From Sedimentisphaerales bacterium (GTDB lineage: Bacteria > Planctomycetota > Phycisphaerae > Sedimentisphaerales > Anaerobacaceae), in contig JBEKHA010000013.1 in the NCBI GenBank assembly GCA_050012515.1, forward strand, positions 1,441 through 65,440: DNA of 64,000 nt, in the 5' to 3' direction. Under the pieces are notes generated by a model that was given only the letters and a program-made list of their open reading frames with translations, ran no database searches and was not told the origin of the DNA. The first letter of the stretch is position 1. Each line of letters begins with the position of its first letter. The translations under genes and the position numbers were made by a program. Shown one piece after another: positions 50,301 to 61,987 of this stretch.

Positions 50301-52122
50301 AATCGCTGATTACCTGGCTCAACGGCTTCTGTCCCATCGTCCCATTGTAGAATGGCATCTTCGCAGGCAAAATATCGTTGAAAATACACCTGCCGGCTGT
50401 CGTCTCAACCACGATTGGCTTTGAAATCTCCTTACTCTTTAAATCTCTCGCCTTTTCGCCTTCCTTAATCACCGGCTTGGTAATCCGGACCTTAATTTTG
50501 GCGTGCAGGGCAATCTTGCCCATATCACAAGCAAGCATCGCCTCGAACGTATCACGGAACGCCATCCCTTCGCCCTTCTGGCCCGAAAGCATACTGGTCA
50601 GATAGTAATTGCCCAGCACCATATCCTGAGAAGGCCCGACCATCGGCGAACCGTTGGCAGGCGAGAAAATATTGTTCGTGGTCATCATCAGCGTATGGGC
50701 TTCGGTTTGTGCCTCGACGCTCAACGGCAGATGCACCGCCATCTGGTCGCCGTCGAAGTCCGCGTTGAACCCTTTGCAGGCCAGCGGATGCAGCATAATC
50801 GCGTTGCCTTCCACCAGCACCGGCTCAAACGCCTGAACACCCATCCTGTGCAGCGTCGGCGCACGGTTCAGCAGCACGGGGTGCTCGTGAATCACTTCTT
50901 CGAGAATATCCCATATCTGCTCGCCGCGGCGCTCAATCATTTTCTTGGCGCTCTTAATTGTGTCCGCAAGCCCGCTTTGTTTGAGCCGGCGGATAATAAA
51001 CGGCTGATACAATTCCAGCGCAATTCTCTTCGGCAGCCCGCACTGGTGCAATCTCATCGTCGGCCCTATTACAATAACCGAACGCGCCGAATAATCTACT
51101 CGCTTGCCAAGCAGGTTTTCCCTGAATCGTCCCTGCTTGCCTTTTATCATATCGCTCAAGCTCTTCAACGGCCTGTTGTTGCTCCCCAGCACCGGCCTTC
51201 TGCACCTGCCGTTGTCCATAAGAGAATCGACCGCCTGCTGAAGCATTCGCTTTTCGTTGCGAATAATAACTTCAGGAGCGTTGAGGTCCATTAGTTTTTT
51301 CAACCGGTTGTTACGGTTGATTATACGCCTGTAAAGGTCGTTCAAATCGCTCGTCGCGAAATTGCCGCTTTCAAGCAGCACCAGCGGACGCAAATCGGGC
51401 GGTATGACCGGAATCACCTCAAGAACCATCCACTCCGATTTATTATTGCTGTTCTTTATCGCGTCGATTGTCTTGAGACGCTTGCTAAGGTCTTTCATTC
51501 GCTGAACCGAGCTTGTCTTGCTTATCGCTGTTCGCAGCTCAGTGCTGATGCCGTCCAAATCAAGCCGGGTAAGCAGGGTTTTTATCGCCTCGCCGCCCAT
51601 CGCAACCTTGAAACTGCTGCCGTACTTGGTGGTGGCGTCGCGGCATTCCTCTTCCGAAAGCAGTTGCCCGAGTTTGAGCGGGCTTGGGCCGGGGTCGGTA
51701 ACCAGGTAATCCTGGTAATAGATTACCTTCTCAAGGTCCATTCCCTTCATTCCAAGAACCGTCCCCAGCTGATTCGGAACTGCCTTGAAAAACCATATAT
51801 GAACGCACGGAGAGGCAAGATTGATATGCCCCATTCTCTTGCGGCGAACCCTGCTGTGCGTAACCTTCACCCCGCAGCGGTCACAGATGATACCTTTATA
51901 TTTCGTCCCTTTATACTTGCCGCATGCGCATTCCCAGTCCCGCTCCGGTCCGAATATACGTTCGCAGAAAAGACCATCCTTCTCAGGCCTGTACGTTCGG
52001 TAATTGATTGTTTCGGGCTTGCGAACCTCGCCGAACGACCAGCTGCGAATATCATTGGGACCGGCAAGCGAAATCTTGACCGAACCGTAATCATTTATCC
52101 GATCATAGATATTGCTTATCAT
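47386..52122 (-). CDS. rpoC: DNA-directed RNA polymerase subunit beta-prime (1578 aa)
   Basis: Zn finger 'CECGKYKG..C..CGV'. 'NADFDGDQM' active site. Bridge helix. Trigger loop with an SI3-like insert. One additional low-GC insert, described separately. Confidence 0.97.
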   Translation of the reverse strand: MISNIYDRINDYGSVKISLAGPNDIRSWSFGEVRKPETINYRTYRPEKDGLFCERIFGPERDWECACGKYKGTKYKGIICDRCGVKVTHSRVRRKRMGHINLASPCVHIWFFKAVPNQLGTVLGMKGMDLEKVIYYQDYLVTDPGPSPLKLGQLLSEEECRDATTKYGSSFKVAMGGEAIKTLLTRLDLDGISTELRTAISKTSSVQRMKDLSKRLKTIDAIKNSNNKSEWMVLEVIPVIPPDLRPLVLLESGNFATSDLNDLYRRIINRNNRLKKLMDLNAPEVIIRNEKRMLQQAVDSLMDNGRCRRPVLGSNNRPLKSLSDMIKGKQGRFRENLLGKRVDYSARSVIVIGPTMRLHQCGLPKRIALELYQPFIIRRLKQSGLADTIKSAKKMIERRGEQIWDILEEVIHEHPVLLNRAPTLHRMGVQAFEPVLVEGNAIMLHPLACKGFNADFDGDQMAVHLPLSVEAQTEAHTLMMTTNNIFSPANGSPMVGPSQDMVLGNYYLTSMLSGQKGEGMAFRDTFEAMLACDMGKIALHAKIKVRITKPVIKEGEKARDLKSKEISKPIVVETTAGRCIFNDILPAKMPFYNGTMGQKPLSQVISDCYAIAGSAATVDLLDKIKEKGFRHATLSGLSFGIMDLKIPDKKEIIIEETEKRVKKVLKNYQAGVLTEGERYNQVIDAWTNSRVAVTSEMMKGLKEDYEDDIDNVRSKNEKADQFVERCRKAIEAGTKWYSDPSVSRGSETSKPGIIVFRNKESEKVEWIGYTNRGWDRIKDTVQNKDNSLYKAVKKIEKLDDISAIDYIKKNLEFTFFPELDEQFNQIDWKIIKNNLMRAYAYPERSVPRLNIREYLNPIYMMSISGARGSVDQIQQLAGMRALMAKPSGEIIETPIKSNFREGLTVLEYFSSTHGARKGLADTALKTANSGYLTRKLIDVAQNMIITERDCGTLQGITKSTVARGEQVDVPLTQLIIGRTARDNIRNPITDEMIVRENEVITPDAAVKIEALGLDAIRVRSPLTCDSPFGMCAKCYGWDMSTGQLVEEGLPVGIIAAQSIGEPGTQLTLRTFHTGGIASRAILEREQRATQPGKILYRDLNAVVFTAEDGSTRAVALKRNGEIAILDDKDRELDKFKVPYGAIVRVKNNEEVKSGALLFEWDPHRTPILAEVSGLIRFVDIIEGETIRLEEERKGQLGNKPVIIEHKGDKHPQIMIEDAQGKILDVHYLPAGARIEVTEGQQVQAGQLLAHQPRATGGTQDITGGLPRVTEVFEARKPKDPAAIAEISGRVELKSDKRKGKMTIIIRSESGMEKEHHVPRDRHLNVHTGDMVEAGDTLTDGPLVPHDILRIKGEESLQRYLIGEIQNVYRSQNVNINDKHIEIICSQMMRKIEIESVGDSEFLPGEVVDKFEFRRENTRLNESIKIASAGEAHELKEGQVIDKAKLATINEKVELIGGEPAKGKKPKMATAKTLLLGITKASLRSDSFIAAASFQQTTKILTEAALGGNIDKLAGLKENVILGHLIPAGTAFKPYLELKVKHLAEAPLPKEFKEVSEIEEGKAAEAQKEAKMKEALGIK
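49561..50020 (-). other. Low-GC in-frame insertion (~135-150 aa) in rpoC, directly after the secondary-channel rim helices
   Basis: It lies between '[11 protein letters not shown]...SEMMKGL' and '[15 protein letters not shown]', where E. coli has only ~24 aa. The DNA is visibly AT-rich compared with flanking rpoC. Confidence 0.75.
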
Positions 52123-52191
52123 TTATCTCTGGCTCCTTAATGACACTATTGCCAATATAATCAACAAGGGTTCCCGACACTCTATTAACCT

Positions 52192-55100
52192 TTACAAAGT
52201 TGCTGTTCCGCCCAGCCGTTTCTTTTCGAGCTGGATATTCAGACCCAGCCCTCTTATTTCATTGCAAAGCACATCAAACGACAGCGGCGTCCCGGCTTCG
52301 AGCGTATTTTGCCCCTTTACCATCGACTCGTATATCTTGGTGCGGCCTTCGACATCGTCGCTCTTGACCGTAAGCATTTCCTGCAGTGTATAAGCTGCGC
52401 CGTAACCTTCCAGCGCCCACACTTCCATTTCGCCGAACCTCTGTCCGCCGGTCCTCGCCTTGCCGCCCAATGGCTGCTGCGTTATCAAGCTGTAAGGCCC
52501 CGTCGAACGAGCGTGAATCTTGTCGTCAACCAGATGATGCAGTTTCATAATATAGATAAACCCAATCGTCGCCTGCTGGTCGAACGGTTCCCCCGTCCGC
52601 CCGTCATACAATTGCGTCTTCAGTGACTTGGGAACCTGCACAAAAAGCTCATCATCCGCGGGGGCCTGGTCCGCTTTCTCAAGCTCAATCTTTCGACGAG
52701 CCATCAATCTGTTGGCCTCCTCGGTCAGGTCCCTGATGTCCTGCTCCTTGGCGCCGTCGAATACAGGCGTAACTGCCGTAAAGCCCAATACCTTTGCCAC
52801 CCAGCCCAGATGCGTCTCAAGAATCTGGCCGACGTTCATTCTGCTCGGCACACCCAGCGGGTTGAGCAGTATGTCAATCGGCGTGCCATCCTCAAGGAAC
52901 GGCATATCTTCCTGCGGCAACACCTTCGCGATAACGCCTTTGTTGCCGTGGCGACCCGCAATTTTGTCTCCAATCGACATAATCCGTTTGGTCGCGACAT
53001 ATATTTTGACCATTTCGATAACGCCGCTGGGAAGCTCATCGCCGTGTTTCAGCCGTTCGACTCGCTTTTTGGCTTCCTCATCGAGCGCTTTTATTTTCTC
53101 AATAAACTTATCCGCCAGCTTCTCGACCTTTTCCCGCATCGTGGCCGGCTTTACCCATTTTACATCCCAGTTGGTAACCTGCTCGTAAACAACCTCGTCA
53201 TCTTCGCTGATGCCGGCCTTTTGTCTGCTGGACGGGTCAACAATATCGACCTCGAATTTCTCATGAATCGCGGTCACCATCTGCCTGAATATCACGCACT
53301 GCTGTGACCGTATACCTTTTTCAATTTCTCTTATCTGGGCGTTAAGCGCCTTTTTGCCCTCTTCGCCGCCTGCCCCTCGCCGCACAAAACGCTCGGTTTT
53401 AATGACGACGCCTTCGTAACCGTTGGGCAGCTCAAGCGAATCATTCTTAACGTCTTCGCCGGCCCTGCCGAATATCGCATGCAGCAGTTTTTCTTCCGGT
53501 GTAAGCTCGGTCTTGCCCTTCGGCACAACCTTGCCCACCAGGATATCGCCCGGCTGAACTCTCGTGCCCTCCTGAACCACGCCGTGCTCGTCAAGATTAC
53601 GCAGCGCTTTTTCGCTTACGTTTGGTATATCGTTGGTGAATTCTTCCTTGCCCAGCGGCGTCTCGCGTATCTCGGCGTCAAATTCATTGATATGAATACT
53701 TGTGAAACTGTCATTCCTGACTAATCGCTCGCTGACAATGATGGCATCCTCGAAGTTGAATCCTTCGTATGACATAAACGCGCAAAGCACGTTCCTGCCC
53801 AGTGCAAGCACACCGTTTTCAGTGCCGCCGCCGTCGGCCAGCGTCTGGTCTTTCTCAACCCTTTGTCCAAGTTTGACAATCGGCCTCTGGTTAAGACACG
53901 TCCGCTCATTCAAGCCGAAGTATTTCTCCAGCTTGTATTCATCCGTATGATTAATTACAACCTTAGTGGCATCAACCGCGGTAACTGTCCCCGCCTTTTG
54001 CGCCCGCACAACCATACTCGAATACCGCCCCGCCATCTCTTCCATACCCGTCTGAACAAGCGGCGCCTGGCACTTCAACAACGGCACCGCCTGGCGCTGC
54101 ATGTTTGAACCCATCAGCGCCCTGTTCGCGTCGTCATGCTCGAGGAACGGTATCAGCGCAGCCGACAAACCCACAATCTGCTTGGGCGAAACATCGACGT
54201 AGTTCACCTCGTCGTGTCCTACCTGTGCAAGCTCGCCCTGCTGTCGTGCCAGCACCATGCCTTCCGGTATCCTGTTTGTTTCCGGGTCAACCGCGCTTGG
54301 CGGAGCAAATATCGCTTTCATTTCCTCATCCGCCCGCAGGAACGCGACGCTTCCCGTAACTTTGCCCTTGTCAACCTTGTAATAAGGCGACAGCAGGAAT
54401 CCGTATTCGTCAACCGTGGCGAATATCGCCAGCGAGCTGATAAGACCAATGTTTGTGCCTTCCGGCGTTTCTACCGGGCAAATCCTGCCGTAGTGACTGA
54501 TATGAACGTCGCGAACCTCAAAGCCCGCGCGTCTTCTGTTCAAACCGCCCGGCCCAAGCGCCGACAAACGTCTTTCGTGTGTCAACTGGCTAAGCGAATT
54601 GGTCTGGTCAACTATCTGGCTCAGCTCGCCTCGTCCGAAGAAAAAGTTTATGCTGCTCGATACGCTCTTCGAGTTGACAAGGTCCGCTATCCGCAATGGC
54701 TGCTCGCCTTCCTTCATCGTGCTCATTCGTTCCTGCACGGTCTTGCGAAGCTTTAAAAGCCCCTTGCGAATTTCGCCGCCCGCCAGCTCATCAATTGTTC
54801 TCAGCCGACGGTTGCCCAGATGGTCGATATCGTCAACCTCGCCCTCGTTGTTACGCAGCCCGATTATATATTTCACCGCGTTGATGAAATCCTCGGCCCG
54901 CAGCGTCATTTCCGTAAGGGCAACGCTTTGCCCGAATTTACGATTCAGCCGGAACCTGCCCACTTTGCCTAACCGGTACCGGTTGACATCAAAGAATTTC
55001 TCATCGAAAAATTGTTTGGCCTTTTCCTGGTTGGCAGGATTGCCGGGCCGCAACCTGACGTAAAACTTCAATAACGCCTGCTCATGATTCTTGCAGTCGT

Positions 55101-56757
55101 CTTCCGCAAGCGTATTGAACACCAGCGCATCACACGACCCTTCGACTACCTCGATACGCTTTAACTCGCCTTGCTGATCCTTCTGGGTTCTAGGGTATTC
55201 TAGGCCAATTTTCTTATAATATTTTTCTGGTTCTTCGTCCTGGAGTTGTCGCCCTATATCCCATAAAGGAGCATCCAATTCCCCTGGATATTCGGGATTC
55301 AGTTTAGCTGCGATTTCTTGGACACTTTTTCTGTCAATTTCTGTAAGTTCTCTGCCCGCAAGACATCTCTCTCTAAGCTTTATCTCTGAAACAAAGCCGT
55401 ATTTTGCCATTGACCTTGCAACATGTCTATCCACAGCCACAGGAATATTTTCTGGATCTTTAAAAGGACCTGCTGTGAACTCGAATGATTTAGAATTCCT
55501 ATGAAGAATATTAACCAAGAGGGGGGCTATCTTATGTTCACCCACATAATCGATATCAGCGAGGGCAGCAATTACGTCCTTCGCACTTCTGCCTGCCCAA
55601 AAGGATACAACGTCACCATTAAAATCATCTACAACTTTCTTACAGAAGTCTTTTATTGCTTTCGCCGCACCTCCTGAAGCCAAACCACTGATGAGTCCTT
55701 TTATTTCTTCAATGGTACGCTCCTTAATATCTGAAACTTCAAGGCTTCCAAAAGAATCTTTCATCTTTTTCGGCACAGAAAATGAATCTTTAGCCTCAAT
55801 CGGTCGCATACAAAAGACTGCTATGACAAGAGCGAGAGGGTTTGTTCTAACCAACTTAAGATCTGCCTTATCATCTACTTCAAAAAAGTCGGGAAGCTTC
55901 TTGCCATATCTCAAGAGAGCATTTACGACGCTACTTTTGGGTACTCTTTCTTCTGTCACACCAGAAATATTGGCTTGCTGAATAATCGAAACCTTGTCGC
56001 CGATTTGCGCGCCCGCTTTTACGATGATTTCGCCGCTTTCGGTATCGACGATATCTCGCACCACCCACATATCAGGCGAAAGCTTGTTCTTCTGCACCTC
56101 TTTGGTTTCGTAAAACCGCCTGATTATCTGTTCGGTCTCGCTGAAATCGGCGCTTAATGCACGCAGGAAAATCGTCGCGGGAATCTTGCTCGACTGGTCG
56201 ATTTTCACAACCAGAACGTCTTTGTGTGTAACGCTGATTTCTATCCAGCTTCCGCGTTCCGGGATAATTCTGCCCCCGTGAAGTATGCGGTCGCCTTCTT
56301 TGCTCTCTACGAGGAAATCAACGCCGGGACTTCTGTGAAGCTGGCTTACGATAACCCTTTCGGCCCCGTTGATAATGAACTCACCGCCGCCAATCATGAC
56401 GGGTATTTCGCCGAGATATATCGCCTGTTCGGCTATGTCCTGTCCGTCCTTGTTGCGAAGCCGGCAGGTAATCTTCAGCGGATAACCGTACGTCAGGCGA
56501 AGCTGCCTGCATTCGTTTATGCTGTACCTCGGCTGCTCAAGCTCATAGTAAAGGTACTCAAGGATTATCCCTTTGTCGTAGCTCTCTATCGGGAAGGTTT
56601 CCCGAAACAGCTCTTCCAGACCCCTGTTGGCGCGCTTTGTCGGCTGCGCGTCCATTTGCAGAAACTCTCCGTAGCCCTTCCTCTGCACGACAACAAGGTC
56701 AGGGATTTCGACTTTCTCCCGCATTTTGCCGAAATTACGAACTTTCAATTCAGCCAT
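52192..56757 (-). CDS. rpoB: DNA-directed RNA polymerase subunit beta (1521 aa)
   Basis: Canonical conserved regions: '[15 protein letters not shown]', 'GRHGNKGV', '[13 protein letters not shown]', '[14 protein letters not shown]'. One low-GC insert, described separately. Confidence 0.97.
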   Translation of the reverse strand: MAELKVRNFGKMREKVEIPDLVVVQRKGYGEFLQMDAQPTKRANRGLEELFRETFPIESYDKGIILEYLYYELEQPRYSINECRQLRLTYGYPLKITCRLRNKDGQDIAEQAIYLGEIPVMIGGGEFIINGAERVIVSQLHRSPGVDFLVESKEGDRILHGGRIIPERGSWIEISVTHKDVLVVKIDQSSKIPATIFLRALSADFSETEQIIRRFYETKEVQKNKLSPDMWVVRDIVDTESGEIIVKAGAQIGDKVSIIQQANISGVTEERVPKSSVVNALLRYGKKLPDFFEVDDKADLKLVRTNPLALVIAVFCMRPIEAKDSFSVPKKMKDSFGSLEVSDIKERTIEEIKGLISGLASGGAAKAIKDFCKKVVDDFNGDVVSFWAGRSAKDVIAALADIDYVGEHKIAPLLVNILHRNSKSFEFTAGPFKDPENIPVAVDRHVARSMAKYGFVSEIKLRERCLAGRELTEIDRKSVQEIAAKLNPEYPGELDAPLWDIGRQLQDEEPEKYYKKIGLEYPRTQKDQQGELKRIEVVEGSCDALVFNTLAEDDCKNHEQALLKFYVRLRPGNPANQEKAKQFFDEKFFDVNRYRLGKVGRFRLNRKFGQSVALTEMTLRAEDFINAVKYIIGLRNNEGEVDDIDHLGNRRLRTIDELAGGEIRKGLLKLRKTVQERMSTMKEGEQPLRIADLVNSKSVSSSINFFFGRGELSQIVDQTNSLSQLTHERRLSALGPGGLNRRRAGFEVRDVHISHYGRICPVETPEGTNIGLISSLAIFATVDEYGFLLSPYYKVDKGKVTGSVAFLRADEEMKAIFAPPSAVDPETNRIPEGMVLARQQGELAQVGHDEVNYVDVSPKQIVGLSAALIPFLEHDDANRALMGSNMQRQAVPLLKCQAPLVQTGMEEMAGRYSSMVVRAQKAGTVTAVDATKVVINHTDEYKLEKYFGLNERTCLNQRPIVKLGQRVEKDQTLADGGGTENGVLALGRNVLCAFMSYEGFNFEDAIIVSERLVRNDSFTSIHINEFDAEIRETPLGKEEFTNDIPNVSEKALRNLDEHGVVQEGTRVQPGDILVGKVVPKGKTELTPEEKLLHAIFGRAGEDVKNDSLELPNGYEGVVIKTERFVRRGAGGEEGKKALNAQIREIEKGIRSQQCVIFRQMVTAIHEKFEVDIVDPSSRQKAGISEDDEVVYEQVTNWDVKWVKPATMREKVEKLADKFIEKIKALDEEAKKRVERLKHGDELPSGVIEMVKIYVATKRIMSIGDKIAGRHGNKGVIAKVLPQEDMPFLEDGTPIDILLNPLGVPSRMNVGQILETHLGWVAKVLGFTAVTPVFDGAKEQDIRDLTEEANRLMARRKIELEKADQAPADDELFVQVPKSLKTQLYDGRTGEPFDQQATIGFIYIMKLHHLVDDKIHARSTGPYSLITQQPLGGKARTGGQRFGEMEVWALEGYGAAYTLQEMLTVKSDDVEGRTKIYESMVKGQNTLEAGTPLSFDVLCNEIRGLGLNIQLEKKRLGGTATL
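55165..55965 (-). other. Low-GC in-frame insertion (~265 aa) in rpoB with HhH-GPD (EndoIII-like) motif landmarks
   Basis: It lies between 'IIQQANISG' and 'LKRIEVVEG'. HhH '[17 protein letters not shown]' (nt 55501-55560). '[12 protein letters not shown]' loop. '[10 protein letters not shown]' (nt 55381-55440). Confidence 0.6.
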
Positions 56758-56835
56758 TTTTCAGTCCCGAATTAAACGGCAATCGTTAAATTGTCCGATT
56801 TTTTATTTTTGGCCCTTTTGGGGCACAATTAATAT

Positions 56836-57246
56836 TTAGGCGATTTCCACCGTTGCTCCGGCGCTTTCGAGCTGCTTTTTGGCGGCCTCTGCCTCGTCCT
56901 TGCTTACGCCGGTCTTTACCGGTTTCGGTGCGCCGTCAACAAGGTCCTTCGCTTCTTTGAGGCCCAGTGATGTCAATGCTCTGACTTCCTTGATGACCTG
57001 AATTTTCTTTTCGCCGGCTGCCTTGAGAATAACGTCAAACGTGCTCTTCACCGGTGCTGCCTCAGCCGCTGCTGCCGCCGGGCCTGCCATCATTACCGCG
57101 CCGCCCGCTGCCGGCTCTATGCCGTACTCTTCCTTAAGATAGTCGCCAAGCTCCTTGGCCTGCATCAGCGTCAGCTTTACAATCGCGTCGCCAAGCTTCT
57201 TTGTTTCATCGCTGAAGCTCTTTGCCTGTTTTGTTTCTTCTGCCAT
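56836..57246 (-). CDS. rplL: 50S ribosomal protein L7/L12
   Basis: Ala-rich hinge, then '[19 protein letters not shown]'. Confidence 0.96.
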   Translation of the reverse strand: MAEETKQAKSFSDETKKLGDAIVKLTLMQAKELGDYLKEEYGIEPAAGGAVMMAGPAAAAAEAAPVKSTFDVILKAAGEKKIQVIKEVRALTSLGLKEAKDLVDGAPKPVKTGVSKDEAEAAKKQLESAGATVEIA

Positions 57247-57358
57247 GTTCGTTAAACTCCTATATCAATTCGCCCGATGGTAGCCGGAACTACGCCGTCC
57301 CGTTTAATCCCTTAGGGAGCAGCCACCTGAGCTGTTTGTATTCGTTTTGAGCCGCCTC

Positions 57359-57901
57359 TTACGCGGCCTTGGTCTCCGATTTTTCGCCTTTGTCCACAAT
57401 TGTCTTTATACAGCCGGCAATTCTTCCCGCAGGTCCGCCAATCGCCCCGGCCAATCTCGCGGCCGGCGACTTGGCCAGCATAATAATCCGTGCCTGCAAT
57501 TCCACCCGGCTCGGCATCTTTGAAAGACCCAATGCCCCCTTGTCATCCAGTGATGCGCCTTCGAGATACGCGCCTTTTATATGAATCGCCTTAACCTTGC
57601 CTGTCCAGACGCTCAATTCCTTTGCGACATCGACTATGCTGTCGCCGCCGTACGCGACCACGCAGGGGCCGACGAAAAGCGACGCCGCTTTATCCATCTT
57701 CAGCTTCGCCAGCGTCCTTTTCATAAGGGCATTCTTGACGACCAACAGCTTAATGCCCTTGCTCTTGAGCGCGCCGCGCATCACGTTGTTATCAACGCCG
57801 TTTACTTTCTGCGTGCTGACAACGATGAAATCGGTAACCTTTTCGTTAACGATTCTTTTTTCCAGCTCCGAACACAGTAAATCTTTTACGAACTTGCTCA
57901 T
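57359..57901 (-). CDS. rplJ: 50S ribosomal protein L10
   Basis: 180 aa. Position and the pattern 'LRGALKSKGIKLLVVKN'. Confidence 0.93.
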   Translation of the reverse strand: MSKFVKDLLCSELEKRIVNEKVTDFIVVSTQKVNGVDNNVMRGALKSKGIKLLVVKNALMKRTLAKLKMDKAASLFVGPCVVAYGGDSIVDVAKELSVWTGKVKAIHIKGAYLEGASLDDKGALGLSKMPSRVELQARIIMLAKSPAARLAGAIGGPAGRIAGCIKTIVDKGEKSETKAA

Positions 57902-57929
57902 ATTTTCACCTGCCTGATTCTTTCACAAA

Positions 57930-58610
57930 CTATACGGCAATCAACACGCCCGGGCTCATTGCCGCGTGAATGCTGATTTTCTTAATATACGTTCCTTTTG
58001 AGCTTACCGGCTTAATCCTCTTGATATGCGCTATAACCGCATCGATATTATCTATCAGCTTCTGCGCGTCAAAACTCACCTTGCCGACCACAACGTGGAC
58101 GTTTCCGCCCGTGTCGTTTTTGAATTCGACCTTTCCCGCCGCGAACTCACGCACCGCGGTAGCAACGTCGGCAGTTACCGTGCCGTTTTTGGGTGAGGGC
58201 ATCTTGCCCTGCGGACCAAGAACCCGGCCCAGCTTGCCTACCTTGCCCATAACCTTCGTTGAGGCAATCGCCACGTCGAAATCCGACCAGCCGCCTGTAA
58301 CCTTTGCAATCAGCTCATCGACACCTACCTCGATGGCGCCTGCCTGTTTGGCTGCGTCAGCGTCTGCTCCTTCGCAGAACGCAATGACTTTCTTTTGCTG
58401 ACCTATCCCGTGAGGCAGCGATAGTGCGCCGCGTATAATCTGGTCCGACTGCTTCGGGTCGATACCCAGCCAGAATATTAACTGGACCGTCTGGTCAAAT
58501 TTCGTTGAGTTAAACGTCTTAACCTTTGCCACCGCCTCAGCCAGAGCAACCGGCGTATCGCTGGTATTCTCTGCGTCTTTGCGGTATCTTTTGCCTCTGG
58601 TAATCGTCAT
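57930..58610 (-). CDS. rplA: 50S ribosomal protein L1
   Basis: 'RGALSLPHGIGQ...LGPQGKMPSPKNGTV'. Confidence 0.95.
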   Translation of the reverse strand: MTITRGKRYRKDAENTSDTPVALAEAVAKVKTFNSTKFDQTVQLIFWLGIDPKQSDQIIRGALSLPHGIGQQKKVIAFCEGADADAAKQAGAIEVGVDELIAKVTGGWSDFDVAIASTKVMGKVGKLGRVLGPQGKMPSPKNGTVTADVATAVREFAAGKVEFKNDTGGNVHVVVGKVSFDAQKLIDNIDAVIAHIKRIKPVSSKGTYIKKISIHAAMSPGVLIAV

Positions 58611-58649
58611 AATTTTATTTCTCTAATCGCCTTTTTTTTACTCTTAATA

Positions 58650-59105
58650 TTAATCAACAACGTCAACGCCCATACTGCGAGCTGTGCCGCGGATAATCTT
58701 CGCCGCCTGGTCCAAACTGTAAGCGTTGAGGTCCTTCATCTTTGCCTGTGCAATCTGCCGAACCTGTTCGGCCGTTACCTTGCCGACCTTTTCCTTGTTC
58801 GGCGTGCCGCTGCCCTTGGCAACGCCCGCCGCCTGTTTAAGCAATACCGCCGCCGGAGGACTCTTCACCTCGAAGGTGAACGTCTTGTCCGTAAATACGG
58901 ATATCACCACCGGCACAGTCGTCCCATTCAGCTCTTTTGTCCGCTCGTTGAACTGCGAGACAAACTGCCCGATATTGACGCCGTGCTGGCCAAGCGCAGG
59001 ACCGATCGGCGGGGCCGGGGTCGCCTGCCCGCCGGGCGCCTGCAGTTTTATCTTAACCAATAATTCTTTTACGCCGCCTCTTGCTGCCGGTTTTTCCTTT
59101 GCCAT
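58650..59105 (-). CDS. rplK: 50S ribosomal protein L11
   Basis: '[16 protein letters not shown]'. Confidence 0.96.
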   Translation of the reverse strand: MAKEKPAARGGVKELLVKIKLQAPGGQATPAPPIGPALGQHGVNIGQFVSQFNERTKELNGTTVPVVISVFTDKTFTFEVKSPPAAVLLKQAAGVAKGSGTPNKEKVGKVTAEQVRQIAQAKMKDLNAYSLDQAAKIIRGTARSMGVDVVD

Positions 59106-59148
59106 TATTCAACCTCAAAACACGTCGCACTTCTTCGCCGAACAGGCC

Positions 59149-59691
59149 TTATGCCTTTTCAATCTGCCAATATTCGATATCCAGCGGAGTGCTTCGCCCG
59201 AATATTTCAACAATAACCTTTACAATGCCTCTGTCCTGGTCAATCGCCTCAACTGTTCCCTCGAAGCTCTCGAACGGACCTTCACGAATCTTAATCTGGT
59301 CACCCTTCTTGAAATCAACCTTGATGCTCGGCGCCTCTTCGGGCTTTTCAACTTCCTGCATCATCTTGGCGACATCGGTATCCCGCATCGCCGTCGGAAC
59401 GCCTTCCGTTCCGACAAAATCGCCGACGCCTGGAATTTCTTTTATCGCAAACCACACTTTTTCCTGAACCTTTCCGTCTTCGGCGGTATTCATTTCCATA
59501 AAAACGTAGCCGGGGTACAGCTTTCGCTTATGAACGGTCTGCTTATTGCCGCGAACCTTCTTGACCCTTTCGACAGGAACTTCTATCCTGCCGATAATGT
59601 CCGTCAGGCCGGCCGCGCTGACCTTCTGCGAAAGCACCTCTTTAACGTGCATCTCTTTATTGGATGCGACTCTCAGCACGTACCATTTCAT
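59149..59691 (-). CDS. nusG: Transcription termination/antitermination factor NusG
   Basis: 'MKWYVLRVASNKE' NGN domain. KOW 'FKKGDQIKIREGPFESFEG'. The track start at 59709 is a TTG; the ATG at 59691 is preferred. Confidence 0.93.
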   Translation of the reverse strand: MKWYVLRVASNKEMHVKEVLSQKVSAAGLTDIIGRIEVPVERVKKVRGNKQTVHKRKLYPGYVFMEMNTAEDGKVQEKVWFAIKEIPGVGDFVGTEGVPTAMRDTDVAKMMQEVEKPEEAPSIKVDFKKGDQIKIREGPFESFEGTVEAIDQDRGIVKVIVEIFGRSTPLDIEYWQIEKA

Positions 59692-59747
59692 TAAAACGCC
59701 CCGACTCAATTACAAAAACGGCTTAAAACGGGTTTACGCCCGCGTTT

Positions 59748-60128
59748 TTACTGCACCAACCATGTAACGGACAACTGTAAAACAAAATCCGCGACGCCCA
59801 GCAGTACCGCCAGGAGAATCACCACCGAAATCACAACAATCGTCGAAACTGTTACTTCCTGTCTTGTTGACCAGTTTACTTTTTTCATTTCGCCTTCAGC
59901 GGCAATCATAAAATCCGCTATGCTTGGCCTGTTCATCAGCCACATAATCAAAACGCACAGGCCGATAAACACTCCGACAGGCACCATCGTCGAAACCCAC
60001 AGGCCGATATCCGCCGCATCGAGTGTTCGGTAAAGCGAAAAACACCCTATCGCCACTATCAGCGCACCGCTCAGGACGGTAAACATCCGCGTATATTTGC
60101 CCTGACCTTTTTTATATACAGTCATCAT
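59748..60128 (-). CDS. secE: Preprotein translocase subunit SecE (3-TM form)
   Basis: Position between tRNA-Trp and nusG. C-terminal 'EMKKVNWSTRQEV' followed by a TM segment. Confidence 0.88.
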   Translation of the reverse strand: MMTVYKKGQGKYTRMFTVLSGALIVAIGCFSLYRTLDAADIGLWVSTMVPVGVFIGLCVLIMWLMNRPSIADFMIAAEGEMKKVNWSTRQEVTVSTIVVISVVILLAVLLGVADFVLQLSVTWLVQ

Positions 60129-60246
60129 AATGCACCTGATTCCTTGCCTGAACGCTTTTCTGCCATCCCTGCCTTGCCCGCCAATAACCCCAATACTTTA
60201 CCAGGATAAAAGCGGTAGCTTTCGAGCGTCGGCGGCTGGCCCATAT

Positions 60247-60319
60247 CAGGCCAGAAGGGAATCGAACCCCCAACCTTCGGTTTTGGAGACCGACGCTCTG
60301 CCAATTGAGCTACTGGCCT
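60247..60319 (-). tRNA. tRNA-Trp (CCA)
   Basis: Hand-folded: AGGCCAG acceptor, anticodon loop CUCCAAA, T-loop TTCGATT. Confidence 0.9.
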
Positions 60320-60344
60320 ATCATTGTCTCTGTACCAACCCGTA

Positions 60345-60512
60345 TTACTTACGCTTCAGCTTATGAGTCGTATGTTTACGCTCGAACTTGCAGTACTTCT
60401 GCAGCTCCAGCTTCGGAGTGCCTTCAGCGACGCTGATATTGGTCCTGTAGTTTCGCTGCCCGCAGTCCTTGCATTCAAGCCAAACAAATTCTCTTTTACT
60501 TTTCTTAGCCAT
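60345..60512 (-). CDS. rpmG: 50S ribosomal protein L33
   Basis: Not in the ORF track (55 aa). My translation: MAKKSKREFVWLECKDCGQRNYRTNISVAEGTPKLELQKYCKFERKHTTHKLKRK. Confidence 0.92.
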   Translation of the reverse strand: MAKKSKREFVWLECKDCGQRNYRTNISVAEGTPKLELQKYCKFERKHTTHKLKRK

Positions 60513-60544
60513 ACGACCCTGCTGTATCGTCCTTTATTCGTTCA

Positions 60545-61771
60545 TTAACCGATAACTTTGGTTACAACGCCGGCGCCGACGGTTCTGCCGCCTTCACGAA
60601 TAGCGAACCTCAGGCCTTCTTCCATCGCGATGGGCGATATAATCTCGACTTCCATAGCGATGTTATCGCCGGGCATACACATCTCAGCGGGCTTGCCTTC
60701 TCGGCTCTGAATGAGCTTGACTGAACCCGTTACGTCTGTCGTCCTGAAATAGAACTGCGGCTTATATCCCGGGAAGAACGGGGAATGTCTTCCGCCTTCC
60801 TCTTTCGTTAGGACGTAAACCTCAGACATGAAATGCGTGTGCGGCGTAATGCTTCCCGGCTTGGCAATGACCTGTCCGCGTTCGAGGTCTTTCTTTTCGA
60901 CGCCTCTAAGCAGCAATCCAACGTTATCGCCCGCCTGGCCTTCATCCAGCGTCTTGTTGAACATCTCAACGCCGGTAACAACCGACTTGCGAATATCCGG
61001 TGAAAGCCCGATTATGGACACTTCTTCGCCGACCTTCACAACGCCTCTCTCAATTCTTCCTGTACCGACTGTTCCCCTGCCCTTAATGCTGAATACGTCT
61101 TCAACGGGCATAAGGAACGGCTTATCAACCTGTCTTTGCGGAATTGGAATATACTCATCCATCGCTTTGAGCAGCTCAATTATCGGCTTACAAGCCGGGT
61201 CATCTATTGACTTGGCGGCAAGGGCCGCGGTCGATGAACCTCGAATAATCGGCGTCGTGTCGCCTGGGAACTCATATTTATTCAGGAGGTCTCTTACTTC
61301 CATCTCGACCAGGTCAACAAGCTCCTTGTCATCGACCAGGTCAACCTTGTTCAGGAATACTACAACCTTCGGCACGTTTACCTGACGGGCAAGCAATATG
61401 TGCTCGCGGGTCTGGGGCATCGGGCCGTCATAAGCGCTGACCACAAGAATTGCTCCATCCATCTGGGCGGCGCCGGTAATCATGTTCTTCACATAATCGG
61501 CGTGGCCCGGACAGTCAACGTGGGCATAATGCCTGTTTGCTGTCATATACTCGACGTGCGCGGTCGCAATCGTCAAAATCTTTGTCGGGTCACGTCGGCC
61601 CTGCGACTCCGAGGCCTTCGCTATGTCATCATAGCTCTTAAACTTAGAAAATCCCTGCAGTTCCATTACCTTGGTCATCGCCGACGTCAGCGTCGTCTTG
61701 CCATGGTCGACGTGTCCAATCGTGCCGACGTTGACGTGGGGCTTAGTTCTCTCAAATACCGCCTTAGCCAT
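60545..61771 (-). CDS. tuf: Elongation factor Tu
   Basis: '[10 protein letters not shown]', 'DCPGHADY', 'NKVD'. Confidence 0.98.
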   Translation of the reverse strand: MAKAVFERTKPHVNVGTIGHVDHGKTTLTSAMTKVMELQGFSKFKSYDDIAKASESQGRRDPTKILTIATAHVEYMTANRHYAHVDCPGHADYVKNMITGAAQMDGAILVVSAYDGPMPQTREHILLARQVNVPKVVVFLNKVDLVDDKELVDLVEMEVRDLLNKYEFPGDTTPIIRGSSTAALAAKSIDDPACKPIIELLKAMDEYIPIPQRQVDKPFLMPVEDVFSIKGRGTVGTGRIERGVVKVGEEVSIIGLSPDIRKSVVTGVEMFNKTLDEGQAGDNVGLLLRGVEKKDLERGQVIAKPGSITPHTHFMSEVYVLTKEEGGRHSPFFPGYKPQFYFRTTDVTGSVKLIQSREGKPAEMCMPGDNIAMEVEIISPIAMEEGLRFAIREGGRTVGAGVVTKVIG

Positions 61772-61914
61772 GGTTTTACAAACCTCCTATCATTTGTTTC
61801 CTTTTAGTTTCCGTTTACTGTCCTACGCCGTTTTTAAATTTACGTTTTTATAAAATCAACTCACAGCCGACTCCGGCCACCAAGCCAACACGCCGGCCTG
61901 AAAACTCTGCACTT

Positions 61915-61987
61915 AGCTGCTGATGGGATTTGAACCCATGACCTCGTCCTTACCAAGGACGCACTCTACCAACTGAGCTACAGCAGC
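61915..61987 (-). tRNA. tRNA-Thr (GGT)
   Basis: Hand-folded: GCTGCTG acceptor, anticodon loop TTGGTAA, T-loop TTCAAAT. Confidence 0.9.

Noticed and set aside
55165-55965. Intein or mobile intron explanation for the rpoB insertion (and for the rpoC insertion at 49561-50020)
   Set aside because: The junctions lack intein hallmarks: there is no Cys/Ser/Thr at the insert N-terminus or the +1 position, no terminal His-Asn, and no HNH/LAGLIDADG motifs. The reading frame is continuous, so a group I/II intron is not needed.
56758-56835. Classical rho-independent attenuator between rplL and rpoB
   Set aside because: A short GCCC/GGGC hairpin exists, but on the coding (minus) strand it is followed by an A-rich tract rather than a U-rich one.
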